From: Pocillopora damicornis
Lineage: Eukaryota
Direction of reading: 5' to 3'
Assembly (NCBI RefSeq): GCF_003704095.1
Contig: NW_020843568.1
Location: forward strand, 62,001 to 126,000
Length of the DNA stretch: 64,000 nucleotides
Position numbers and translations under genes: made by a program
The notes under the pieces: model-generated
Told to the model about the DNA's origin: nothing
Databases searched by the model: none
The model's input: only the letters and a program-made list of their open reading frames with translations
Part shown: piece after piece, positions 51,901 to 60,434 of the stretch
Numbering within the stretch: position 1 is the first letter of the stretch
Layout of the letters: each line of letters begins with the position of its first letter

Positions 51901-54900
51901 TGACCACTATATATCAAAACATTGAGGTGCCAGCGGATTTATCGATGACCAGCAATGAGTTCTGTGTTGACCTGACGCTTAACTGGCTTCTTAACGTCTA
52001 TGACAGGTAACTATTTTGATGGTAGTTTGTAAGCATGGTTACCTTTCTAAAGTAAATGAGTTGGCTATTAGGGATTTCATGAAGCCTCCAAGCTGGTTAT
52101 CTTCGATTTATTTCGATGGATGTTAGCCGACTTCTCATACCAGGACAATTTGACCCGCTCTCTAAGACATAATTAATCACTGTGGGGATGGGCAGGCAGC
52201 AAGTGTTCAATAAATTTTTCCGGAGTAAAGCAAGCTTGAAAGTGTCTTCTTCCCCGAAATGTTCATTTGTATATAAGCGCGCTTTCTTCTCAGAACATCG
52301 CATACTACAAGGGCATTTAAAATTGAGTCCTTTATTTTTTTCTTTTAGCGGGCGAGTTGGAAAGATCCGTGTTCTTTCTTTCAAAATTGGTCTGGTGACA
52401 ATGGCGAGAGCTCATTTAGAAGACAAATACAAATGTAAGAATCTGAAGGTTTGATTTTTTTTTTGTTGACGCTTATATTTCTTCTTGCGTTGTCCAGCTA
52501 AAAAAAAAGGTTTGATGCCTTTTTCAGATTTATACCGGCTTGTGACGGACGAAAAAGGCTTAATGGACCACAAGCAACTAGGATTGCTCTTACATGACTC
52601 ACTGCAGGTGAAGCTTAAAGCTTTTTTTTATTTTTACTGAAATTGTACACCTAATATCGAGACAAAGAGGCGGCTTTTATTCGGTAAATACAGGTATTTA
52701 GTCAGGAGCAAGATATTCTCCTCTGGTCTACTATTTAAACGGAGCCTTCTCTCGAGTTATGGTGTTTCAACCCGATAGTTCGACCGAATTTCAAGATTTT
52801 ATTCCCATTTGTTTGTTTTTACAGATTCCTCGTCAACTCGGTGAAATTGCCGCCTTTGGTGGCAGTAACATTGAACCGAGTGTGAGAAGCTGTTTCTCGA
52901 AGGTAGGCTACTTAAGGACTCCAATCTCAAAGTTGTTGAAATTCACCATCTGAAATCATAAAGTTGTTGCCAACAAGAACACGCGCCATCCTCTCGAGCG
53001 AGCAGATGCACGACTGAAACAATTCGCTTCTTATTGTGTTATTTTACTATGAGTTCTATTTGCCTCCTTGCGATATTTCCCGCTCTTCTGATTAGCTTCT
53101 ATAAGTATTTTAATGAATTTGTCTAACGAGACCCAGTCGAAATGCGCTCTAAAATCTCTATATGGTGGTCGCAATTATCTCGTCGTCGTCCATGTACTAA
53201 TTACCCCAACAGACGCCACAAATCTCGTATGTCGGTCGAGCTCAGTTTAATTCGGCAAGCACAACTTTGGTCATAAGTTCAGAAAGATCGTCGGTTAAAA
53301 GTTTGAAACTGATTGCATTTATTGCTGTCTGTTGTCAACAGGCCGGAGAAAAAAAGACCATCGATTGTGCAGAGTTTATGACATGGCTCTCAGTTGAACC
53401 TCAGTCTATTGTTTGGCTGCCAACACTTCACAGACTCGCCGCGTCAGAGGCTGGTAAGCACTTTACTTCCCTTTTTCTTTTGTCATCTAGTATTTCTCTA
53501 TTTCCTTCATACCCTAGGTAAATTTGCATATAGCCGTGAATTGATTAAAAAATTTCCGATGTTACCTATTAAAAGACAAAAAAGCTTTTGGCTTTGTCTG
53601 TCGCTAATGTTCTGTTTTTTTGGGTCTCTCTTACAGTGAAACACAAAGCCAAATGCAGTATATGTAAAGAGTACCCTATCGTTGGGTTTAGGTATGTGAC
53701 TTTTCTTCAAGATCACCATTCCATGTTTTTTTCTTCTTTTTATTCTCAAGGCCTTCCTTAGTGCATTAAAAATATATCCCCTTGAAATGTTTTTCATTTG
53801 TTGCAGGTTCCGTTGTCTAAAGTGCTTCAATTACGATTTATGCCAGGTACCAAGCATTGAATGTGAAGTGTATTGCTTTGCTAGCTGTTAATAACAAATT
53901 CAATTCTTACTAGTTTCCTAACTATCGTATTTGTCATTCCTCATCAGAGCTGCTTCTGGTCGGGCCGAGTCTCCCACGACCATCGTCTCACTCACCCAAT
54001 GCATCAGTACTGTTTGTCGGTGAGTAGGTGCTTCGTTATTAGATTGACTTTGTTTGATTGACAATTTATCCATTAAGTGTATTAGTTAAGTGTTGCAGCT
54101 GGTTTCAGGTAAACGCGATTTTTTTATGGTCAGCGCGAAGTTAATCGAATTAGAGGTGTGGCTTCGAGCCTGGGCAGGACATATAGACTCAAGACACTTT
54201 CTCTCACAATGCCTTTCCACTGAGAACAATAAACGATGACCCTTGCGCCTGTGCGCGTCTTGGTTTGTGTCAAGGCTTCAGTTGTCAGCTGGTCAAACGT
54301 TCCAGTCGTTTATATTTTTTTTGTTTTTGTTTATGATTTTTGTTTTTTGTTCCACCCTTTTATCGTGTTTGCTGCTGTGGTGCATGTAAATTGTTGCATT
54401 CTGTATTATAGGTAAGATTAAGTATTGTTATTTTTCTTTTTATTAAGACCACCTCTGGTGAGGATGTGTTAGATTTCTTGGCCATGGTTAGAAACAAATT
54501 CAAGAAAAGGCGATACAAGAACAAACCGCCACGAAAACTCGGTTATTTACCGATTCAGACTGTGATGGAAGGAGGAAATCTCGAAACGTAAGTTAAGCAA
54601 ATGATAAATAATGACTGTGAAAATCATAAATGTGCACTGCGGTTGAAGAAACGAATACAAGCGATCCTCGCAGTTATGAACACCACTGAACTAGTAGTTG
54701 AAATAAAGTTTGAAAAACAAATTCAGGCTCGTACGGGATTTGAACCCATGACCTTAAGCAAATGTTGTTTGGTAAACCGCGCAACAGATACAAAACTGTA
54801 TTTTTGTTAGCCCGTCAAAATTAGCCCTTTTATTTCAAGAGGAAATGGACAAGAGGCTTAGTGTTCGTTTCCTTTTGCATTCCTTGTTGTTGTATACCTT

Positions 54901-57900
54901 TTGTTTGCCTGTTATTTTTTCCCCTCTCTGTTGATAATCACTTTCCTTTCTTTTTTTTCTCTTTTGTAGGCCACCCATGCCGACTCCTCAACAAAATGTC
55001 AATCACGAGGTACACAACAGACTAGGCATGTTTGCTCACAGGTGCGTGAATTATTCACATCCCATTTCTCCCTTTACTTTCCATGTATTGTTTGGCAGAA
55101 GAGTTAACTGAGGAAAGAAATTGGTTTTGAAGGGATTGTTACAGGAAAACCATCTCCTCTTTCCTGTTCCGCATACGGGAAACAAGAGCTTTGAGACTTA
55201 TTTGAGTAATCCAGGAGCTAGGTTACTAGACACTATTTAACGTAAATTCCCCAAACAGAAAAGGTGATTTTTTTTCTCCTTTGCTGTCAGGTTGGCCGAG
55301 GCAGAATCAGAAGGAGGAAAATATAATCCACAGGATTTGTAAGTCTTTGCACGACTAGGCAGTCTTATCCTTTCTTCTGCGTTAACATTTCCAACAGAAT
55401 TGGTCTCAGTAAATGTATTGATCTGCCTGGATTTGCCGTCCTGTGGTCATCATTTGATAAGGGCTAAACCTGTATTGTTATTTCGCAGGGACGAAGAACA
55501 TCAGCTTATAGCACAGTACTGCCAAAGGTAATAGCTCATCTTTCCACCATCTATCTGTCTGTTTGTCTGCCAACGTTTCCTAGATGTTTCCGTACGCTTT
55601 TCATTGCACCTTAAATAAAACGTCTCCATGGGCACTTCGGATATTAGCTGTTTGAACTGCGCTGAATTTTTTAAATCTTAAAAAGAAGAATTTACTCTAG
55701 GGAGCGAATTAAGATAAAGTTGCGCCATCGTTTTAATTGTCTGTAGACATTAAAAATTAGTAGACTCTGTTGTTCCCATGTAGCTTGTTGAAGTTGTTTT
55801 TCTTCATTATATAAATAGTACTTTTCTTTTCTTTATTTACAGCCTAAAGAGCGATACAGCAGACGCGGTAAGAACTTCACAACTGATTTACTAAATGATG
55901 ATTTTCTTGAGCCCTTGAAGTTTGTCGCGATGTCTCTTATTTCTGTATTATGACATTCGCTCTTGTTGTCGTAGCCCAAAAGTCCAACTCAGATTGTAAT
56001 GGCTTTAGATGCGGTAGAAAAAGAAGATCTTGAAGCTGAACTTCTCAAACTGGAAGAAGAAAACAGGTCAGTATTTTGTGATAATTTATGATAACGAGCT
56101 CGTCATCTTTTGCCCAAAAGTCTTTATTGCCAACAATGATCAACGTGTTTATTGCCTTCAACCTTATGCATTATTTTTTTGCCAGGGACCTCCAAGAAGA
56201 ATACGAACGGCTCAAGTCTATTAGAGATCAGTCTAGCCTTCCACCTGATGGTGAGGCATCTCCTGGGGGACCTCAGAACAGAGATTCCGAGCTGTTAGCG
56301 GAAGCTAAACTGCTGCGTCAGCACAAAGGTCGCCTGGAGGCAAGGATGCAAGTTTTGGAGGACCATAACAGACAGTTAGAGGCGCAGTTACAGCGACTTA
56401 GACAGCTACTCGATCAGGTGCAGGCAAATGATGGTTACTGAATGACCCAGAGTAGAAATTTCCCAAAAATTCTCCACAATATCTCATACGTATGTTATCG
56501 TTAATTTCTTTTTAGCCTGGTCAAGACAAACAGAGCGGGGCTCAGTCCTCTGAACGAACCACTCCGTCTTCCTCCATCAGCTCGCTCGGAGACGGTCCAT
56601 ATTCCCCGGTAAAGTCAGGTCGATCGGGAAAATCCCGCGGGAATGATAGTGATTCCGAATCGGAACCTGGTGGGACGAACTCAGGACCCATAAAGAACGG
56701 TTTTGCCGGTAAAGGAAGTGAGGATCCAGCTTTAAAAGAAGTCATGAGTCAAATAAGCTCTTCTTTTCCTCCTGATCAGAAAAGTGAGTGAGGAGCGAGG
56801 CACGGTAAAGCACCATTTGGTTTGTTGTTTGTTGTATGTTTTCAGTGACTAATGCTGTTAACTCTTGTGTAGTGTCTGCTGAAGCCTAACCAGTGGAATC
56901 TAACCCTGCATGACTGTTGACTCTTCTGGTAAGAGATCTAAACTTACCCACTTTTACAATCAAACTCTGCACAATTATTGATTTGTCCAAAAAAATTAAA
57001 ATAAAAATAATAATAAAATCCTATCATGAGATCAAAAGAAAACAAAATACAGCAATCACTAAAAACAAACGCCTGACACAGCCCGCGGCAATCAAGATCA
57101 CGATGTAGTCCTCGCTTAGTTGTTCCTGCAGTAACTTGCTTTTTTGAAGGACACAAAGCTCTCCCGTGACCATCTGTTTCAGCAAGCCTGTCACAAAATT
57201 ACTTCTTTGTATCCACCTGCACTTGCTTTGATGCGTCACGTGCACTTGCACTGAAGCTGACTTGATACTTCTAACTCGTAACATTTAAACGTGCATTTGA
57301 AAGAAATAGCAATGCATAGTGCTATGTATACAATTGTTAAGATAAGTCTATTCGTCAAGAAGGTATTGAGAACTGTACTTATTGTTCGCCATTTTGTTAA
57401 AAGGGAAGTGTGCTAATCTTCTCCCAGGTTCGGAACGTAGCATTAAAACGTGCGATACATAGCATAACAAAACATAGTGCTGTGTATACAATTGTTTCAG
57501 TTGTTATATAAGCCTATTCGTCAAGAAAATTTTGAGAACTGTACCATTTGTTCTCCAGTTTGTTAAAGGGGAAGTCTGCTAATCTTCTCCTAAGTTCAGA
57601 ACGTAAACATATTTGTTGAAGAAGGGAACTACTTTAAAGAAACACATCAATTTATGTGCTTGGATAATTCAATTAAATTTACCATGCACTTCGCACATTA
57701 CGTCTATCAGAGCAATCTTCACTTGTATGTGGAAAATTATACGGGGTTGCCTAAGTTTTGCTTTATTTCGTTGTGTGTTTGATCCAGAAAAGTCGCCTAG
57801 TCTCTCAACCAATCAGCTTCAAAACAAAAAGCTATGGCGACTTGGTCACTCGCGTTTTCCCGCGCTTCGAACATTTTCCTTGTTTTTGCTTCGAGTTCTC

Positions 57901-58210
57901 ATAGTTTCCTGGTGAACTCTTCTTACTATGAATGGTTTTCGTGATTGCTTTGGTTTTGGATTTACGAAACTCAATCGAAAAGAACCCGAAGCACGAGTTG
58001 AACCGCGAAATTTATGAAGACAGTCTTTTTTTTTTCGCTGAAATGCCAGTACAAGTCCAACCATGTTTAGCTTTGATTGGAGCTGATCATTAATCCATAT
58101 TGTTTGTTTTAGGTGCAGACCCCGTTGGACATTTGTTTGCTACTGCAAAAGATGTTAATAAAGCTGTGGAATCTCTAGTTCAAGTCATGACAGATGACGA
58201 AGCTGAGTAG
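6848..58210 (+). CDS. DMD: Dystrophin, full length; 71 coding exons, ~3858 aa; CH-CH, 24 spectrin repeats plus an inserted PLAT domain, WW, EF-hands, ZZ, coiled coils
   Basis: Exons (all GT-AG, phases consistent, total 11577 nt): 6848-6905, 9163-9224, 9999-10094, 10364-10441, 10543-10635, 11345-11436, 11780-11860, 12631-12746, 13390-13700, 14418-14633, 14965-15146, 16504-16648, 16877-17043, 17471-17633, 17962-18144, 18522-18683, 19183-19515, 19760-20083, 20551-20727, 21150-21299, 21571-21897, 22432-22761, 23231-23356, 23469-23651, 24029-24349, 26386-26559, 29550-29699, 31097-31414, 33014-33253, 33380-33518, 34022-34155, 34455-34727, 35107-35278, 35358-35732, 36929-37143, 37497-37649, 37949-38110, 38472-38647, 38940-39090, 39283-39594, 40014-40281, 40466-40608, 40731-40847, 41013-41228, 41736-41890, 43534-43720, 44357-44493, 44614-44806, 45335-45568, 49579-49713, 50208-50433, 50703-50763, 50976-51037, 51332-51406, 51796-52006, 52349-52434, 52528-52607, 52825-52902, 53342-53453, 53637-53691, 53807-53846, 53948-54019, 54448-54587, 54970-55041, 55291-55338, 55489-55527, 55843-55867, 55975-56066, 56186-56417, 56516-56783, 58113-58210. 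Diagnostic motifs: [87 protein letters not shown]. Confidence 0.97.
9163..13700 (+). CDS. DMD: Dystrophin exons 2-9: actin-binding domain (CH1+CH2) and hinge 1
   Basis: [21 protein letters not shown]; [19 protein letters not shown]; [27 protein letters not shown]; [11 protein letters not shown]; [27 protein letters not shown]; [26 protein letters not shown]. Confidence 0.96.
11945..12280. repeat. Degenerate C-rich tandem repeat in intron 7
   Basis: Recurrent units related to ttaccacccacatccatgacctg (e.g. near 12108, 12177 and 12251) and tctaccaccc/tctaccacct. Confidence 0.6.
12396..12608. mobile_element. ~210-bp TTAA-flanked MITE (piggyBac-like non-autonomous element)
   Basis: Ends ttaa-ccctctaactccc ... 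gggaattaaagag-ttag form imperfect TIRs. A reverse-orientation homologue lies at 48003-48195. Confidence 0.75.
13790..13890 (-). mobile_element. Degenerate tRNA-derived SINE fragment
   Basis: The minus strand reads gtggcttggttgctcagttgg (A-box-like) ... gtgttcgaacat (B-box-like). The anticodon arm is missing, so this is not a functional tRNA. Confidence 0.45.
14418..35278 (+). CDS. DMD: Dystrophin exons 10-33: spectrin repeats R1-R15, with a Thr-rich insert after R13
   Basis: Repeated helix-A and helix-C Trp signatures (LNWL..RWEAL; GDWL..RWSNV; SKWL..RWNKI and so on). The R10/R11 junction [10 protein letters not shown]12 [15 protein letters not shown] and R15 [26 protein letters not shown] match the human repeats as I recall them. 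Confidence 0.93.
20922..21132. mobile_element. ~210-bp TTAA-type MITE, related subfamily
   Basis: TIRs ttga-cccgttaactccc ... gggagttaaaggg-ttaa; same terminal structure and length as the 12396 element. Confidence 0.75.
22845..23142 (+). mobile_element. Degenerate SINE (tRNA-like head, gtgttgtgttcttgg core, tcgcttcctgctacggaaacc tail)
   Basis: The core motif cactgtgttgtgttcttgg recurs in reverse (cccaagaccacaacac) near 51148-51163, and a more decayed copy lies near 54150-54225. Confidence 0.55.
30229..30407. mobile_element. ~180-bp MITE-like element with imperfect terminal inverted repeats
   Basis: Left end acctgcgatcagacgg..ttttttcgg versus the reverse complement of the right end acctgcgaccaggcgttctttttctgg; the interior is GC-richer than the flanks. 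Confidence 0.6.
32721..32923. mobile_element. ~200-bp TTAA-type MITE, decayed
   Basis: ttaa-ccctt ... taaaggg-tcaa. Internal blocks (gagtgac, atttctcct, ggtcatgagaata) are shared with the 12396 and 20922 elements. Confidence 0.6.
35358..35732 (+). CDS. DMD: Dystrophin exon 34: in-frame PLAT/LH2 domain (125 codons, phase 1-1)
   Basis: Acceptor tttcatctttcag|CG; donor GAAG|GTGAAA. The translation [80 protein letters not shown] fits the PLAT-repeat consensus (Y.V.V.TGD...AGT..NV.I.L.G..G; F.R...D.F; LG.L.K....HD..G....W; Y.F.C..W). Confidence 0.9.
36929..50433 (+). CDS. DMD: Dystrophin exons 35-51: spectrin repeats R16-R24, hinge 3 and hinge 4
   Basis: R16 [24 protein letters not shown]; R17 [27 protein letters not shown]; hinge 3 [22 protein letters not shown]; R20 [12 protein letters not shown]; R23 [23 protein letters not shown]; R24 [17 protein letters not shown]. 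Confidence 0.94.
37193..37328. mobile_element. ~135-bp palindromic (hairpin) MITE, copy 1
   Basis: gatcaac..caactgggcacctacccctcccc ... gggaggggtaggtgcgaggttg..attgatc. A second copy lies at 44880-45015. Confidence 0.75.
44880..45015. mobile_element. ~135-bp palindromic (hairpin) MITE, copy 2
   Basis: tcagtatcttagcaactgcacacctac ... gtaagtgtgcagttgtttagatactga; the aacattaac.ctaacttgt core is shared with copy 1. Confidence 0.75.
45932..46002. repeat. Two-copy ~35-bp tandem repeat
   Basis: cagtggccatgtaccgtggggggtagggtgatgaa followed by cagtggccatgtactgtagggggtagagtggtgaa. Confidence 0.8.
48003..48195. mobile_element. Reverse-orientation copy of the 12396-12608 MITE, truncated at one end
   Basis: atctgattgttaattctcctctctagctgctaca..atttcct and ataacaaccgctacctgataagtt are reverse complements of blocks in 12490-12590. 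Confidence 0.8.
50703..54587 (+). CDS. DMD: Dystrophin exons 52-63: cysteine-rich region (WW, EF-hands, ZZ)
   Basis: WW: [35 protein letters not shown]: [52 protein letters not shown]: [53 protein letters not shown]. Confidence 0.97.
51095..51235 (-). mobile_element. Degenerate SINE, same family as 22845-23142
   Basis: The minus strand reads gtgttgtggtcttgggcaag...tctccacccaggagtatacatgggtagc. Confidence 0.55.
54617..54753 (-). mobile_element. 5'-truncated tRNA-derived SINE-like repeat
   Basis: The minus strand begins aggtcatgggttcaaatcccgtacgagcctgaattt (T-arm/B-box GGTTCAAATCC), followed by a non-tRNA body. Confidence 0.55.
54970..58210 (+). CDS. DMD: Dystrophin exons 64-71: C-terminal domain (syntrophin-binding helices, dystrobrevin-binding coiled coils, terminal tail)
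   Basis: [18 protein letters not shown]; [15 protein letters not shown]; [27 protein letters not shown]; terminal exon [35 protein letters not shown] (58208-58210). Confidence 0.93.
57306..57610. repeat. Imperfect ~150-bp tandem duplication in the last dystrophin intron
   Basis: Copy 1 is 57306-57445 and copy 2 is 57459-57610. Shared blocks: catagtgct.tgtatacaattgtt, ctattcgtcaagaa, tgagaactgtac, tttgttaaa.gggaagt.tgctaatcttctcc, gttc.gaacgta. Confidence 0.88.
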
Positions 58211-59497
58211 TAATGGTAGATATTTGGGCAAATAACTTACATTATTCAGGACAGACACTAAGGAACATTTTGTAAACATTTTGTCTAGGAGATTGTATAC
58301 GCGTATTTTTACTGGTTTTCCCAAAGATTTGCTGTATGGGATAATAAATACCTGCTCACTTGCCACTCAAATCAGTGCTCGAATGTTGTATTCTACGAGA
58401 GCCGAATGTCTCCGAATTTGATCGTCGGGTGTACTCGACTTTCGGCGACGGAGTTGTCTCGAAGAAATCACTACATCTGGGCGAAATATGTTTGAGACGG
58501 ATGTTGTGCGAAGTAGTTGTTTAAGGGCAGACTTCGTTATCTGTTAACAAGCGGTGAAGCATTACTCGTTATTCAAAACTACCTTTAAAGACTTTTTTGT
58601 AATTGTTAGCGAAACTACTGCACTTTTTAAAATGCAGTTTTTTCGGAAATTTGATAATTCATTTTTAGTGAATTGAATGATTTTCGTCGAAATTTGCTGT
58701 GGAAAAGTTACGAACAGCTCCGCTATTAACCAATAATAGATAATGATAAATTGGTAAATTAAATATTTTAAGTGCTTTTTAATTTTAAATGAACAGTTCC
58801 AAGTGAAAACCACAAAGGTAGCACTTTCTGACATGTGGTTGGAAATGAATTTTGTGAAATCAAACCAAGACGTTGTAAGTTGACTGGCATGAGGTACGAT
58901 AACCTCTCCTAATAGCGTGACTCAACGTGTGCGAAATAACAACGTAGGGTATCTTAGGTATCTTAGATTCATCTTGTTAAATTTTTCAACATGGTTCTCT
59001 TTTAATCCATTTAATCTGTTTAATCTGTATCGTCGTCATCCTAGTCCTTTTGGGAGTAGCTTTTGATCGTTGTTTTAATATTTGTGTTATTTTCAAAGTA
59101 ATTTTTGACTTTGTTAGTAAAACGATATGAAATACTTTAATTTAGCCCCATTTTGCACTTTTTCAAACTTCAGTCGGTATAATTTCAAATACTTAAGTAA
59201 ACATTAGACATTAGCATATGTAGCTTTAGAAATCCTAAGTTATGTATTTTTGGCCTATTATAAAACCTTGTCTTGGCGAGTGAAGCGAAGGCAATGCAAT
59301 CTATTTAAACAAAATTTCGTTTGTTTTAACATGAAAGTGAAAACTCTGCTGTAGCTGGTAATACCAATACGATCAAGATGATTTCAAACAATTCCAAAAA
59401 GTTTAGTTGGTCTTAATGGTGTAATGGAAGAATATTTTCGTATTGAATAATGTTATTTTCGTATTATTAGTTGAATGGTATGTAAATTTTATAGCGT

Positions 59498-59514
59498 AAT
59501 AAAGTGCTAATAAA
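59498..59514 (+). terminator. Tandem AATAAA polyadenylation signals; probable end of a ~1.3 kb dystrophin 3'UTR
   Basis: gtAATAAAgtgctAATAAActtg, followed by a GT/T-rich tract (cttgttgcttgttcaatccttttttt). Confidence 0.55.
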
Positions 59515-60291
59515 CTTGTTGCTTGTTCAATCCTTTTTTTGTTTTCAGACGAAGTTCTTCGTGGTGTTTCGAAAATCTCCTAATTTAATCCCTGGATAAA
59601 ACAACTAGTCATTCTTTGCTGAAATGATGAGATGCAGTTTGTGAGTAATCGTAACAATGTAAGTATCATCGTTTCAAGTAGGCTGTATTTCTTTCCTACC
59701 ACTTTTAATCAATTGTTGTAATTTTGTATGTTTTTTAGTTTCAACTCTCATCGTTTTTCCACATCAATAAATCGCCTTTTTTATTAGTTAATCGTGGTGT
59801 TGGAAAGCTACGGTTACCGCAGTCACAGTAAATGATGGAAAAAGATAAAAACATCAACTAGAGAAAAAAAATTTAGTAAAAAACCAAATCTTCATTGCTA
59901 AAATTAAAATAAACGTAGAGAAACAAGTAAGGAGAAATGATACCGAGATCCTAAAGGTCACAGGGTCGCCAACCGGTCGATGTTTCTTAAGTGGGTAGTC
60001 GTAAGGAGAAAGGTGATGTTTTTTACATCTGTGCTTGTCAAAAATTGTCATGTCAGTTTTGAACAATAAAATGAAGCTTGTGAGGGGCAAATGATTGACG
60101 GTGAAGATTACTTAACGCAGAGACAGCAAACAGCCTAAGAGAAAACATTATACGGCAAATTTCCCACGACATGCGTTCGTTTGGCCGAGATATCAAATGG
60201 GTTCCCTAGCTAACGTAAGTTGAATGACGTGACAGAGACCTTGCAAAACAAAGAAAACGGATTTAACTATTCTTCGATGGAGAATATTATA

Positions 60292-60434
60292 CACTTAATG
60301 TATGGTCCCAAGGAAAACAGTTTGTTTTGTTTTCCCCGACAGCCCTGATGTTTCACGAGACAAAGTCGAGGGAAACATGAGGACTCGAGGGAAAACAAAA
60401 CTAACTAGCTTCCCGAGAGACCATACATTAAGTG
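60292..60434. mobile_element. ~143-bp long-hairpin repeat element
   Basis: Perfect 16-bp outer arms cacttaatgtatggtc / gaccatacattaagtg, with inner arms gttttgtttccc / gggaaaacaaaac and atgtttc / gaaacat. Confidence 0.75.

Noticed and set aside
54715-54753. tRNA gene (GGTTCAAATCC T-arm on the minus strand)
   Set aside because: Only the T-arm portion is present, with no D or anticodon arms; treated as a SINE fragment.
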